Shown in pieces: positions 18,201 through 27,231 of a DNA stretch of 64,000 nt. The stretch is from a virus (taxonomy: Duplodnaviria; Caudoviricetes). The translations under genes and the position numbers were made by a program. The notes below the pieces were generated by a model. The model was not told the DNA's origin. It did not search any database and saw only the letters and a list, made by a program, of their open reading frames with translations. Each line of letters opens with the position of its first letter. The first letter of the stretch is position 1. The stretch covers positions 791 to 64,790 of the IMG/VR virus record IMGVR_UViG_3300039106_000282; one strand, given 5' to 3'.

Positions 18201-20705
18201 CTCTGAGGTAGTTGGGACCCACTCACCTTTTATAGTAGCCATAGGAGATTTAGTCTTCTCTGTAGCCGCTATCTTATACCCTGCCTCTTGATGCATACCA
18301 AACGTAACATTACCTTTTACATGAGATACAGATTCATAGCCAATCACAGGTCCTGCATTAAACGAAGCATCCGTACCAGTTTTAGATGCTAATCTATGGA
18401 CAGAATTCACCCATGCATTATGAGGACCTGTGTAAGAGGGGATATCTAATCTAAGCTGAACCTCTTCACCACCTTTTAATATTTTTGAGGGTAGTCCATA
18501 CTTCTCTGCTTTCTCTATACTCTGAGATTTACCTTCACTTAATGCCTTATAAGCTAGCTCAGGTGAAGTAGGTTCAGGTACAGATTCGTAGGGTTCAACA
18601 GGTTTATACTTTTGTACAAGGTCTGTGTACTCAGCTTTAGATATCTTACCCTCTTTTAAATCTTTGACGCCCTGTACAAGTTCTGGGATATCTGCAAGTA
18701 CATCTTTGGGAGCCATGTTCTTACGAGAGTTCTCTACTTCCTGTTTACCAAAACTACTAAATAAATCTTGTTGCCCTAACTGTTCACCTAGCTCTCTATC
18801 TTGTTTCTTTCTTGCATAAGCCGTACCTTCACGTACAGAACGTTCAGAAGTTTGTGATTCTCTGCGAAGTGCTTTAGCTGCAAGGTGGTGGATGTCTGAC
18901 TCGGTGATGCTAAGTTTTGCACCAAATGTAGTGCGTGCCCAGTTTTTAATTGCTGATATTGCACGTTTTACTATGGGTAGATGAGGCGCGTTCTCAACTA
19001 AGTATGCTAGAGTTTCTTCACCCTTTAAGTGTTCTGGCGTATTCTCAGGGACAGACCTGCGAGCGCGGTCAAACGCTTCACCTTTAGTAGTTAGAGCTTG
19101 AGAGGTTAAATCTCCCCAGACTTTATCACCTACCATACCTCTCATACCAACGTGTACACCCATCTCATGCATCGCCACTTTAGGTAGCGACTCTGGGGTT
19201 AACTTGTCAGCTACTAAATGTACTTCGCCTTCTGGTGTGGTAAGCCCTTGTACGTTTTCTGGATGTCCTTCGCCAGGTAGTGTATCCATTGTGTCATGCA
19301 AAGTGAGCTTACCGCTCTCAACAAGGCGTTGCATTTCAGGAGTAAGATGAGGTTGCAGTGACTCTGCAGTGTGTCCTGTATAGGCACTAGATTTAGATAC
19401 GGAAGGTTTAGGTTCCGCTTCTTTAGACGTTACTTTTTCTGCTTCTTTCTCAGGGGATATAGTTTCTTCAGTAGAAGGTGTTACACCTTCTACACGACTT
19501 CTCTGCTTTGCGATATGTTCTGCCCACAGCTTATCATCAAAGTCTTTAGGGAGGATTTCAGGGTTTGCATTGAGATGCTCTTCTAATTTATCAATAGACT
19601 CAGGAGATTCGTAGTGTCTAGGATGTATAAGCTCATCAAAAAGCTCATCATGTTCAAACGGGTCTATCCCTGCAGCTTCGACACCTTCATATATATCAAC
19701 GTCGTTTCTATCAGGCAGAGGTGACCCTGCGGCTGGCTGTGCTGGTGGAGGTGTTGTCGTATCTACCTCTTCCTCGTTTTCTGCTGGCGCAACAGTCTCT
19801 GGAGCTTCTTGAGTACCAGTCACTTTACCAACTGCTTCAACACCCCCTCTAAATCCCGCACCCCCAAGACCACCAAGTACCGCACTTAAATTACGCTCTT
19901 CACCAGCCTCTGGAGTCGATAGGTCTTCGCTTGCACCTAACTGCTCAAGCGCAGTTTGGATATATTCTGTACCTGCTTCTGCAACACCCGCTGTACCAAT
20001 ACGTTTCATAGCACCGTCAATAATCGCAGTGCGTAGAGGCGCAGGGAGAAGTTTAGTACTCTTAGTTTCTAAGTATGTCCCTAGTAATTCTAAAAGCGAA
20101 GCAGGCGTAGCATACTCAATAGCTTTAGCAATGTCTTCTTTACCATGCTCACGTTGCTTTTCACGAATCTCAGAATACTCTTGCACACCGCCAGCACCTA
20201 AACCGGCAGCTATACCACCGCCAATAGCACCGATACCAGCACCTACTGGACCAAATGGAGCACCTAATGCAGCACCGCCAGCAGCACCAGCCCCAGTAGC
20301 AGCTAAAGTAGGAAGTATTTGAGGTATTGTTGTACCGACAGCTGTTTGGAGTGCGTCAATGGGGTGACGCATAACGTCACCTACAGAGTGGATATTACTC
20401 GCATCATAATCTTCGTAGGTTTTAGCTGTTTCACGAACACCCCTACCAAACTCTTCTAACTTTGGCATACCGTAAGACTTACCGATATCCTCTAACGGCG
20501 TACCTACAAACCCTCTGGCTACACCAGCCGTACCTGATATAAGCCCTTTTAATAGCTCGTTGCGCTCATCAGGCTGTTGTGCCTGTGCTTCTTTTTGTGC
20601 ATCGTATGCCTGCTTATAGAACTCAGCCAGTCTTTTAGCACCTTCTTCATCGCCAGCGGCATCTGCGGCTTTAAGTGCCTCTCCAATATCGTCTAATGTT
20701 GCCAT
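15261..20705 (-). CDS. large internal virion/ejection protein (polyvalent protein: zincin-like HExxxH, LPD38-like C-terminus)
   Basis: 1814 aa; Gly/Ala hydrophobic segments; MHEMGVHVG...EETLAY; C-terminal YDKL...NKDLYTMRPIVP...SPLKFDHFIKGWFG; last gene of the virion block. Confidence 0.75.
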   Translation of the reverse strand: MATLDDIGEALKAADAAGDEEGAKRLAEFYKQAYDAQKEAQAQQPDERNELLKGLISGTAGVARGFVGTPLEDIGKSYGMPKLEEFGRGVRETAKTYEDYDASNIHSVGDVMRHPIDALQTAVGTTIPQILPTLAATGAGAAGGAALGAPFGPVGAGIGAIGGGIAAGLGAGGVQEYSEIREKQREHGKEDIAKAIEYATPASLLELLGTYLETKSTKLLPAPLRTAIIDGAMKRIGTAGVAEAGTEYIQTALEQLGASEDLSTPEAGEERNLSAVLGGLGGAGFRGGVEAVGKVTGTQEAPETVAPAENEEEVDTTTPPPAQPAAGSPLPDRNDVDIYEGVEAAGIDPFEHDELFDELIHPRHYESPESIDKLEEHLNANPEILPKDFDDKLWAEHIAKQRSRVEGVTPSTEETISPEKEAEKVTSKEAEPKPSVSKSSAYTGHTAESLQPHLTPEMQRLVESGKLTLHDTMDTLPGEGHPENVQGLTTPEGEVHLVADKLTPESLPKVAMHEMGVHVGMRGMVGDKVWGDLTSQALTTKGEAFDRARRSVPENTPEHLKGEETLAYLVENAPHLPIVKRAISAIKNWARTTFGAKLSITESDIHHLAAKALRRESQTSERSVREGTAYARKKQDRELGEQLGQQDLFSSFGKQEVENSRKNMAPKDVLADIPELVQGVKDLKEGKISKAEYTDLVQKYKPVEPYESVPEPTSPELAYKALSEGKSQSIEKAEKYGLPSKILKGGEEVQLRLDIPSYTGPHNAWVNSVHRLASKTGTDASFNAGPVIGYESVSHVKGNVTFGMHQEAGYKIAATEKTKSPMATIKGEWVPTTSEKAYADMQKYLHDKNWTQVGMDPKRHSYFYDRTTREPITSADEVIQIGPLVLARNAKTDKTKSEFLYSVKPEVDEWAKSVEERRKSNLPPKGVKPDKTVADSLRTASNKFETMYFSHDAALVNDARHYLEAAGYDFKHIEPILSAMNQAQTVNETSVSAEGTLQGELVFNKNLLMWEAVYNKNNVINLATILEDAGKVLNYSNQKMRVLWTEYMVSKRIEDLHRRADSYAAQADAETDANLKAELRKKAREELDKAQREPITRDEARVNIQKAQMVPALAKAEDMWHKIRENTIKTLVSSGRYSEKQARAYLDAAAYAPFYRIMDEKDAEDTIESMAQGRYSASHNNIQKGQKQHKLKGSFREVDDMLDNIEKWQLHSFAMAMRAEKSAALVDTMRRYFPEGTIERVQGTKSDKANTVTTYFHGKKQYWKINDPLYRFAFTGSPLALGSLGFTAKAANLLRDSIVLPPPFAFVQVIKDVGDAMFLSGTKNPVMLTLEIMKQFGLTAANQFAPTKFAPTEAHLKTKRTASTGSKDTVGDARAVGVNDIAYHTHRGDETGKWKKVRQACEKLAMAGDNAIRQAIYQRTMDENPDNPNAERIAMQRAYDVINFRRRGASATLEAARQRTAFLGAFMQSMRATYQVLSGRGLSPTKRTETYKRLIMTSAAVMALTLVHDMLMGDDDEYDKLDVKEKDTHIYNVIPGMKSTSFSLPQRLSIFSIPGIVMHHAYNMAKGKEKIGDVDDVRSEMKRAALASLVPPMGYSFWKPAFEGAINKDLYTMRPIVPERLAKTDTEEQYTAETSELGKLMGNLGVSPLKFDHFIKGWFGYAGSGLLAFTDGVAAAAGVPYKQMTYSEMIRKVPAMSAFMPKDKYEQAQATFYKVSSEVEQAVNTANKMRNEGRTKEAEAYKKENKKYFQNGIHGKLSSMGTQIDNDNKQIRKILASSNTAISPEEKAKRVKIIKDRIGRVEAQVFKIQRTLNP

Positions 20706-20718
20706 AGTATGCTCGCTA

Positions 20719-22479
20719 TTATTTAAGGTTAACGCCGTGTTTATTAAGTAAACCCATTACATCAGTAGGTATTGAGAACGGTAAATATCCTTTAGGCTCA
20801 GTAGCTATTGGGGTAGTTGCAGCGGTAACAGGAATTTTACTTATCTCAGCATAGCGTTTTTTATATGCTCCTAACTCAGCTTTAGCATCGGCTTTTTCGT
20901 CCTCTGTAGAATTTGCACTATTAATAATAGCTATCTGATTATGCATATGGTCTTCTAATGCTTTAAGCTCTTCTTTCACTTTCATTTCTGGACTAGCAGC
21001 TAATCTATTTTTATCTGCATCAGACCGATAGTTTTCAGCTGCCGCTTCATGCATAGCAATCGTACTAGGTACTTCAAGCGCTCTAACAGCATTTGCTTGT
21101 CCTTGTACTTCAGCAGATAGCTCATGTTCACCACGAGAAGCTCTAAGTTTTGCTGCTTCTAATGCAAGGGCTTTATCTGATGCTTTAGATGCTTGAACGC
21201 TATCTGCACCGTACTTAGCAATCATCAGTCTTTCTTGACGTTTTGCATCACCTAACGCATCACGGAGTTGTCCAAGACGTGCTTTTTTAGCTTCGATATC
21301 TTCTTGAGTTTTTTCGTAGTCTTCTGCACCAGCAGTTACACCCGATGCTAAGTTAGACATAAAGTTAGGAGACTTACCACTCATCATACCAATACCCGCG
21401 TGCATGAGTGCTTTCCACATCGCCTTATCATCGTCCCCTTTAAGCTTGGCTTCCTGCTCATCGTAGGACTTAGCGCGTCTTTCATAGTCTGGGTTAGTAC
21501 CATATAGGCTCTCGCCTTTAGCCATTTGTGTAGCCAAGTCACGGTCTTCATTAGAGGACTTAAGTTTTTCCAATTCTGACAAATCTAGCGGCGCAGTTTC
21601 TTTAGGCTGAACTAATGATGCAATACCTTTAGGCGCTTCTTTGGCTGGTGCTGCTTGTCCATCACGACCTTTAACTCGATAAGGTTTACCTGCTAAAATA
21701 GCATCTTGTGCAGCTTCATCTAAATTTTCATACCCTTGTTCTTTACGTGCAAGACCCCCAGTAACACGCTTAATTAATTTAGGATCGTCTTTATTAATAA
21801 CAGTATCTGGAGATAACCCTGTAAACTCAGTTAATTGTTTAACATACTCATCTTGTTTATCTTTAGGTTTATCGTGCCCATAATAAGTTCTATAGAACTG
21901 GTCTAAAGGTTCACCGTTATGTTTTGATACAAGGTTATGTTCCGCAACTAGGCTATCTTTCATAGACTTCCAGTGCTTATTTGTCATTTCCCCTGTTTTT
22001 GGGTCACGTACTGAGTATCCTGCGGTAGCATTTGATTCTCTAAGCGCATCAGCATTAGGTGAGATTAATTCTAAGTAGTCATCTTCGGCTTCAGGTGAAT
22101 CTCCACCAGCAGCGTCAGTAGCACTAGAGCCACCTCTAGCAAACGCAATAATCCCACCGTGCGCGTAATCGCTTTCATCGATACCGCTAGGCAGCACATC
22201 AATACCTCTGGCTTCTTTGCGAGATGACGGCACTGGTGTCATCTCTTCGCGTGGTCTGCGTGCCATGTGTTCTTGCATGACATCATTATGAGCAGCGTCT
22301 AGTATTTGCTGTGCTACGGGAGGTTTAGGTGCACCTTGTTGCAACGCTTGTTGCTGTGCCATCGCTTGCTTTTGAGCCATTGCTTTTTGTAGCATGGGGA
22401 CTACAACGTAGTCAGGTACACCGTTTTGACGAGCCTTAAGCAACTGGTCAACTGAGTACATAGAAGGGGTATTCATCAT
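20719..22479 (-). CDS. internal virion protein with a degenerate lysozyme-like domain
   Basis: YAHGGIIAFARGG; YVKQLTEFTGLSPDTVI...LARKEQG resembles a virion muralytic fold; coiled coil. Confidence 0.6.
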   Translation of the reverse strand: MMNTPSMYSVDQLLKARQNGVPDYVVVPMLQKAMAQKQAMAQQQALQQGAPKPPVAQQILDAAHNDVMQEHMARRPREEMTPVPSSRKEARGIDVLPSGIDESDYAHGGIIAFARGGSSATDAAGGDSPEAEDDYLELISPNADALRESNATAGYSVRDPKTGEMTNKHWKSMKDSLVAEHNLVSKHNGEPLDQFYRTYYGHDKPKDKQDEYVKQLTEFTGLSPDTVINKDDPKLIKRVTGGLARKEQGYENLDEAAQDAILAGKPYRVKGRDGQAAPAKEAPKGIASLVQPKETAPLDLSELEKLKSSNEDRDLATQMAKGESLYGTNPDYERRAKSYDEQEAKLKGDDDKAMWKALMHAGIGMMSGKSPNFMSNLASGVTAGAEDYEKTQEDIEAKKARLGQLRDALGDAKRQERLMIAKYGADSVQASKASDKALALEAAKLRASRGEHELSAEVQGQANAVRALEVPSTIAMHEAAAENYRSDADKNRLAASPEMKVKEELKALEDHMHNQIAIINSANSTEDEKADAKAELGAYKKRYAEISKIPVTAATTPIATEPKGYLPFSIPTDVMGLLNKHGVNLK

Positions 22480-22480
22480 C

Positions 22481-24088
22481 TTATTTTCCTCCTTTCATCG
22501 CGTTATATACCGCTAAGTCACCGATACCACTACCTTGAGCTTTAGGAACTTTCCCACCTTTCTTAGCTTTAAACCCGCCATTAGCACCATACGCACCTAG
22601 AGCCGTAGCGCCTAAACCACCAAACTGTGATATCGCACTTGGCGCTGGCGTGAACGAAGTCATACTACCTGTCTGAACCCCATTAAGTGCATTGGATATA
22701 CCGCCTAGAATTTCCCATGGGTATTTTTGACTGTAATCTTTAATACTAATCGCGTTATTGATAGCTTGCTGGTCGAGGGCTTGTTGCTGCGCCCCATAGG
22801 AGTTCTGCATCCCCGCAATCGACTGCTGTTGTGCCAGCTGCGTGTTACCAATATTCGATAAGTTCTGACCTTGCTGACCTGCTAGACCATACCCTGCTTG
22901 CGCAGCACCTACACCAGAAAGTCCAGTTTGTGCTCCTTGCATAGCAGTTTGTTGACCTTGAATACCCGTGTTAACCCCAGATAACCCGTACTGACCCGCG
23001 CCAGTAGCCGCACCAACACCAGAAAGCCCCGTTTGAGCGCCTTGAATCCCCGTGTTAATCCCTTGAAGCCCAAGCTGCGAACCTTGCAGAATATTGTTTT
23101 GTGCTGTGTCATAAGCGGATTTATAGCCTTGACCAATGAGGTTCGCTTGCGCTAATTTATTTGACTGGTCATTAAGGTTGTTTGCAACCATCTGACGACT
23201 GCCACCATAGGCTCCTTGCTGCGCTGCCTGCGAGTTTGCTTTCTGATTAGCGATATCATTCTGTTGGTCCATCAACGCGAGTTGAGGTTTTAGTGAGGCT
23301 TCGAGATAAGGGTTCATGTAGGCATTAACAGTACCTGCATTAGTGGCTTTGTTCTCGTACATATTACCTGTAGCTGCCCCAGCAGCACCCATCATAGCGC
23401 CAAGACCGCCATAATTAAGCGCACTATTACCTAGTATATTCGCGTTCTGAGCCGCTGTATCCGCCCCTGCATTACCTAAAGTAGCTGCATTAAGACCCGC
23501 ATCATACCCACGAGTACCGTAGTCAAGCCCTGTACCCGCTGTATTTAAAGCACCTTGCCCTGCTGCCGCTGCTAGATTAGACGCCGCAATGTTTTGCTGA
23601 GGAAGAGCCATACCCTCCGCTGCTTTATAGGACTGTTCTTGCAGGTCTGAAGGCTGGGCTACATAACTTGCATAGTCTACGGTGTTATAATCTGGAGATG
23701 TGGGGTCTGTATTCTGTCCATAAAACTCGTAAGGTCTAATACCTGTAGGGTTAAGTACGCCAGATTTACTACCTAAAGAACTTAATGTATCTGCAAGAGA
23801 TGTACCGCCAGCAGCATAGTGCTTAACTTCCCCACCCTTAGCGTAGTGAACAGGTGCTTCATACTTAGGCTCGTAGGTTGTGAGCTTTGCTGGCGTAGAT
23901 TTAGGCTCATTACTGGAGGTGAACCCTTGCTTCATCATAGAGTTTAGTAGCACTTCATAATACGGTGCAAGCTCTTTAGGGATGTTACGCTGTTGCACAG
24001 TCGTGTTCTGACCTCCACCACTCCCGCCACCATAGAAAGTAGGTACAACATAGGTAAAGAAATACTTTTTAACATTTTTAATAATCAT
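22481..24088 (-). CDS. internal virion/DNA pilot protein
   Basis: G/A/Q-rich; YMNPY, GAYGGSR; hydrophobic C-terminus. Confidence 0.7.
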   Translation of the reverse strand: MIIKNVKKYFFTYVVPTFYGGGSGGGQNTTVQQRNIPKELAPYYEVLLNSMMKQGFTSSNEPKSTPAKLTTYEPKYEAPVHYAKGGEVKHYAAGGTSLADTLSSLGSKSGVLNPTGIRPYEFYGQNTDPTSPDYNTVDYASYVAQPSDLQEQSYKAAEGMALPQQNIAASNLAAAAGQGALNTAGTGLDYGTRGYDAGLNAATLGNAGADTAAQNANILGNSALNYGGLGAMMGAAGAATGNMYENKATNAGTVNAYMNPYLEASLKPQLALMDQQNDIANQKANSQAAQQGAYGGSRQMVANNLNDQSNKLAQANLIGQGYKSAYDTAQNNILQGSQLGLQGINTGIQGAQTGLSGVGAATGAGQYGLSGVNTGIQGQQTAMQGAQTGLSGVGAAQAGYGLAGQQGQNLSNIGNTQLAQQQSIAGMQNSYGAQQQALDQQAINNAISIKDYSQKYPWEILGGISNALNGVQTGSMTSFTPAPSAISQFGGLGATALGAYGANGGFKAKKGGKVPKAQGSGIGDLAVYNAMKGGK

Positions 24089-24513
24089 ATTGATACTTCC
24101 AGTAAGGTACTGCGGGGTTGAAAGTCAAAGCGTCTCCAGAGTCTTATGATAGCAGGTCGTCCGTAGCCTTGAATCATTGTAGCTCCCCGTGCTTTAAATA
24201 AATTTTTTAATTGATTGAAACTATCTTGAGTGGCAATTAGTCTACCGCCTACTGCTGTAATAAACGCAACTCGATGCAGTGGGTAGTTAATATACGAGAT
24301 AGTGGCAGCGCCTCTCATTACATTGTTCTCATCTACTGCCACAAAAAGCTCCCAATTACCGTTGACAAGATAGCTCAGTACATGGTCGTCATTATACGTC
24401 ATGTTAGGTGAATTCTCACCACTCCCTTCCTGCAACCCCGCGATAATGTGAGGCTTCGCTAAAGGCCATGTCTGTTGCACAAACTCAAGAGGTACTGCGT
24501 GCACGGTTATCAT
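24085..24513 (-). CDS. putative GNAT-fold virion assembly protein
   Basis: WELFVA...GAATI...AFITAVGG...IQGYGR..IIRLW. Confidence 0.55.
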   Translation of the reverse strand: MITVHAVPLEFVQQTWPLAKPHIIAGLQEGSGENSPNMTYNDDHVLSYLVNGNWELFVAVDENNVMRGAATISYINYPLHRVAFITAVGGRLIATQDSFNQLKNLFKARGATMIQGYGRPAIIRLWRRFDFQPRSTLLEVSI

Positions 24514-24516
24514 AAA

Positions 24517-26583
24517 TTATTTTTTCATATTAGCTGCTTGTGCCGCTAATACCTTAGCTCGGAGCGCGGGGTTTGTTCCTACCCCTGCAACTATATTTGA
24601 GGTAGGTTGTGATTCCCCTGATTTGGCTGACTGTGTTACGGCTGGTTGTTGTGTTACGGCTGGTTGTTGTACGACTGCAGGTGGTTGTATAGCCTGTTGC
24701 GATTGTGATGGGCTAGGTGCTAATACCGTGCCTGTTCCCGCAGCTGGTTGAGGTTGTACTGTTACTTGTGGACCAACTAAAGAAGCAACGCCCCCTGCAT
24801 TAGAGTTCATTGCTTGAGGACTGATAACCGCACCTAAGTTAGATATATTTAAAGGCCCTAAATTATTCTGCGCAGGGGAGATAGGTCCAACAATAGCTGA
24901 TGAAGGTCCACCATTACTTGGGTTAATAGGCTGAGGTCCACTCGTTGGAAGAGATACAGTTTGCGCAGATAAGGTATTTATACCACTAGGTGTTACGACA
25001 GCACTAGGGTTAAGCGTTACTTGTTGAGGTCCTAAATTGCTAGACATCCCTGTAAAATTATTTCCGGCGCTTACAGACGGTACTACTGATGTTGAATAAG
25101 GGACAACCGTTGCTTGATTTGCCGCAGATTGTTGAGCAGCATTTACCGAGGGAGAGTTAGATAACGCCACAGTATCAGGAGTAAGCGTTACTTGTTGAGG
25201 TCCTAAGTCTCTTTGTGCTGGGGTCGGGTTTACAATAGCTGATGTAGGCCCACCGTTACTTGGGTTTAGGGCTACTGTTTTTGCAGCAGCAGCTTTTTCG
25301 GCAGCTATTCGTGCATCTTCAATGGCTTTTTGTTCAGCTGCCGCTTTTATACTAGCCTGTCTAGCTGTCTCTTCTTGGGCAGCTTTCTCCGCCGCCTGTT
25401 GATTAGCTAACGCTACTAACCCTGCTTGCCTGTCAGCTTCGGCTTTATCTGCTGCGGCTTTATCTGCTGCGGCTTTATCTGCTGCGGCTTTCTCAGCAGC
25501 TATCTCCTCTGGTGTTTTTACATGCCCCCAATTTGTAGACTTACCAGGGTCTACGACCTTACCAGTATCTACGACCTTACCAGGGTCTACGACCTTACCA
25601 GTATCTACGACCTTACCAGTATCTACGACCTTACCAGGGTCTACGACCTTACCAGGGTCTACAGGAATCTGTGTGTTAGTCGTATCAGGTGCACCGGGTT
25701 TTGCTAATTGTTCAGCTGATTCAGTTGCACTAGGTTGGGTTAATTTTACAAGCCCGTTATTGGGTAAGGTAGGCCTTACTAAAGGATTAGCACGAGTGCC
25801 CCCTGCATAATTAGTACCCGCAGAATTAAACAAATTTACTAGGTCTTGTGGAATAGCGTTCTTGTTAAATGGGGTTTGTATGTTTGTAAGTTTAGGTTTT
25901 TCCACTGCGGCTAAAGGGTTTACATAGTTTGCCGCATAAGGGTTTTTATACCCCGATATAAGCCCACTTAACACATCTCCAAAAGGCGTAGCTTGAGTAT
26001 TCTTAGAAGGGTCCCATGTCCCTGCATTAGGGTCATAGTTCTCTAGTGCAGCGGTATCTTTTTCAGCTTTAGCTGTTTTATCTTGTAGAGCAACGGCATT
26101 AGCTTCTTTTTGTTTAGGTGTGAGCTCTACACCAGACGATTTAAAAGTAAGCGCTGTGTCTACTTGAGAAGGGTCTTTAACAAATGAGCTTAAAAGATTC
26201 TGTGCAGCAACTGAGCCTATACCACCAGAGAAGTTATTCCAGTCGTAGTTAGTAGCCTCTTTCATTTTTGCCGTAGCCCAATCAGTAACGGCTTTGTCTA
26301 ATGACGCAGGGGGTTCTACGCCCTCTGCAAGGGCTTTAATATAAGTAGGTGCAAATATCGTTTTACCGTCCGCATCTTTTAGACTTCCGTACTTCTTAGT
26401 TAGCTCATCAGTACGGTACTTTACTGCTTCAGGGTCTGTACTCTTTGCATAGAAGTTAGTTAAAGCTGTCTGATACTTAGCTGAAACCTTACCGTTCTTA
26501 TCTGTGTACTTAGCTATGTCAGGTTTAACAATCAGTTTTGTACCGGGCTGTGTATACCCTGTCGTAATTTTTGGCGCTGCCAT
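24517..26583 (-). CDS. low-complexity repetitive virion-associated protein
   Basis: 688 aa with D(P/T)GKVV, AAADK, LGPQQVTL and NPSNGGP repeats. Confidence 0.7.
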   Translation of the reverse strand: MAAPKITTGYTQPGTKLIVKPDIAKYTDKNGKVSAKYQTALTNFYAKSTDPEAVKYRTDELTKKYGSLKDADGKTIFAPTYIKALAEGVEPPASLDKAVTDWATAKMKEATNYDWNNFSGGIGSVAAQNLLSSFVKDPSQVDTALTFKSSGVELTPKQKEANAVALQDKTAKAEKDTAALENYDPNAGTWDPSKNTQATPFGDVLSGLISGYKNPYAANYVNPLAAVEKPKLTNIQTPFNKNAIPQDLVNLFNSAGTNYAGGTRANPLVRPTLPNNGLVKLTQPSATESAEQLAKPGAPDTTNTQIPVDPGKVVDPGKVVDTGKVVDTGKVVDPGKVVDTGKVVDPGKSTNWGHVKTPEEIAAEKAAADKAAADKAAADKAEADRQAGLVALANQQAAEKAAQEETARQASIKAAAEQKAIEDARIAAEKAAAAKTVALNPSNGGPTSAIVNPTPAQRDLGPQQVTLTPDTVALSNSPSVNAAQQSAANQATVVPYSTSVVPSVSAGNNFTGMSSNLGPQQVTLNPSAVVTPSGINTLSAQTVSLPTSGPQPINPSNGGPSSAIVGPISPAQNNLGPLNISNLGAVISPQAMNSNAGGVASLVGPQVTVQPQPAAGTGTVLAPSPSQSQQAIQPPAVVQQPAVTQQPAVTQSAKSGESQPTSNIVAGVGTNPALRAKVLAAQAANMKK
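25540..25662. repeat. 18-bp tandem repeat (~6.8 copies) encoding D(P/T)GKVV
   Basis: CTTACCAG(GG/TA)TCTACGAC units; an adjacent 15-bp repeat at ~25441-25490 encodes AAADK. Confidence 0.9.
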
Positions 26584-26592
26584 CTCTATCTC

Positions 26593-27231
26593 CTATGCTG
26601 GCAAGTGTTTATTAGCCTTGCGGAGATTTTCCGTGGCTGGGATAACTTGAAGATTTGTTGGTACGTGAAGCCCAGAAACATACTTACCCTGTAAAGGTAT
26701 TATATGGTCAACGTGCCATGCAAAACCAAATAGTTTTGTGCGTAATGCTGATAGCTCATACGCTTGTTCAATCATCCATCGGTCAGTTTCTGTTAACCAT
26801 GCAGGGGTACGTTTTAATTCTGCACAACGTCTCTTAGCATCAAGTGCTCTTAATTTTTCGGGGTTATTTAGTCTATAGGTTTTTTTAACTAACTTAGTAT
26901 TTTCATGATGAGGGTTGTTTATACGCCATTTTATTTGATTTAGACGAGCTTTTTCTAACCTTATTAGGCGTTTTTCTTCACTTTCTGTAGCCCTTGAAAT
27001 ACGCATTTTTTCAGCTAACTCGGGTAATTTATGCGCCCGTTCTCTTTTTTTACGAGCATTGTATGACTCACGATTATTAACCATTCGTATACGTTCAGCT
27101 TTCGTTTTGCATTCTATACAATTACCATCCGATGTGCGCCGCAATAAGTGACCTTTAGCGCAGGGGTTTTCTGGGATATACCTACTCTCCCCATTATTAC
27201 GCGCAATTATACGAGCTTCACTTTTTTTCAT
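26593..27231 (-). CDS. HNH homing endonuclease
   Basis: [32 protein letters not shown]; N-terminal C..GH...C..C. Confidence 0.9.
   Translation of the reverse strand: MKKSEARIIARNNGESRYIPENPCAKGHLLRRTSDGNCIECKTKAERIRMVNNRESYNARKKRERAHKLPELAEKMRISRATESEEKRLIRLEKARLNQIKWRINNPHHENTKLVKKTYRLNNPEKLRALDAKRRCAELKRTPAWLTETDRWMIEQAYELSALRTKLFGFAWHVDHIIPLQGKYVSGLHVPTNLQVIPATENLRKANKHLPA

Noticed and set aside
15261-20705. N4-like virion RNA polymerase (which would explain hairpin promoters)
   Set aside because: No recognisable single-subunit RNAP motifs, the protein is much shorter than N4 vRNAP, and early genes have sigma70 promoters.
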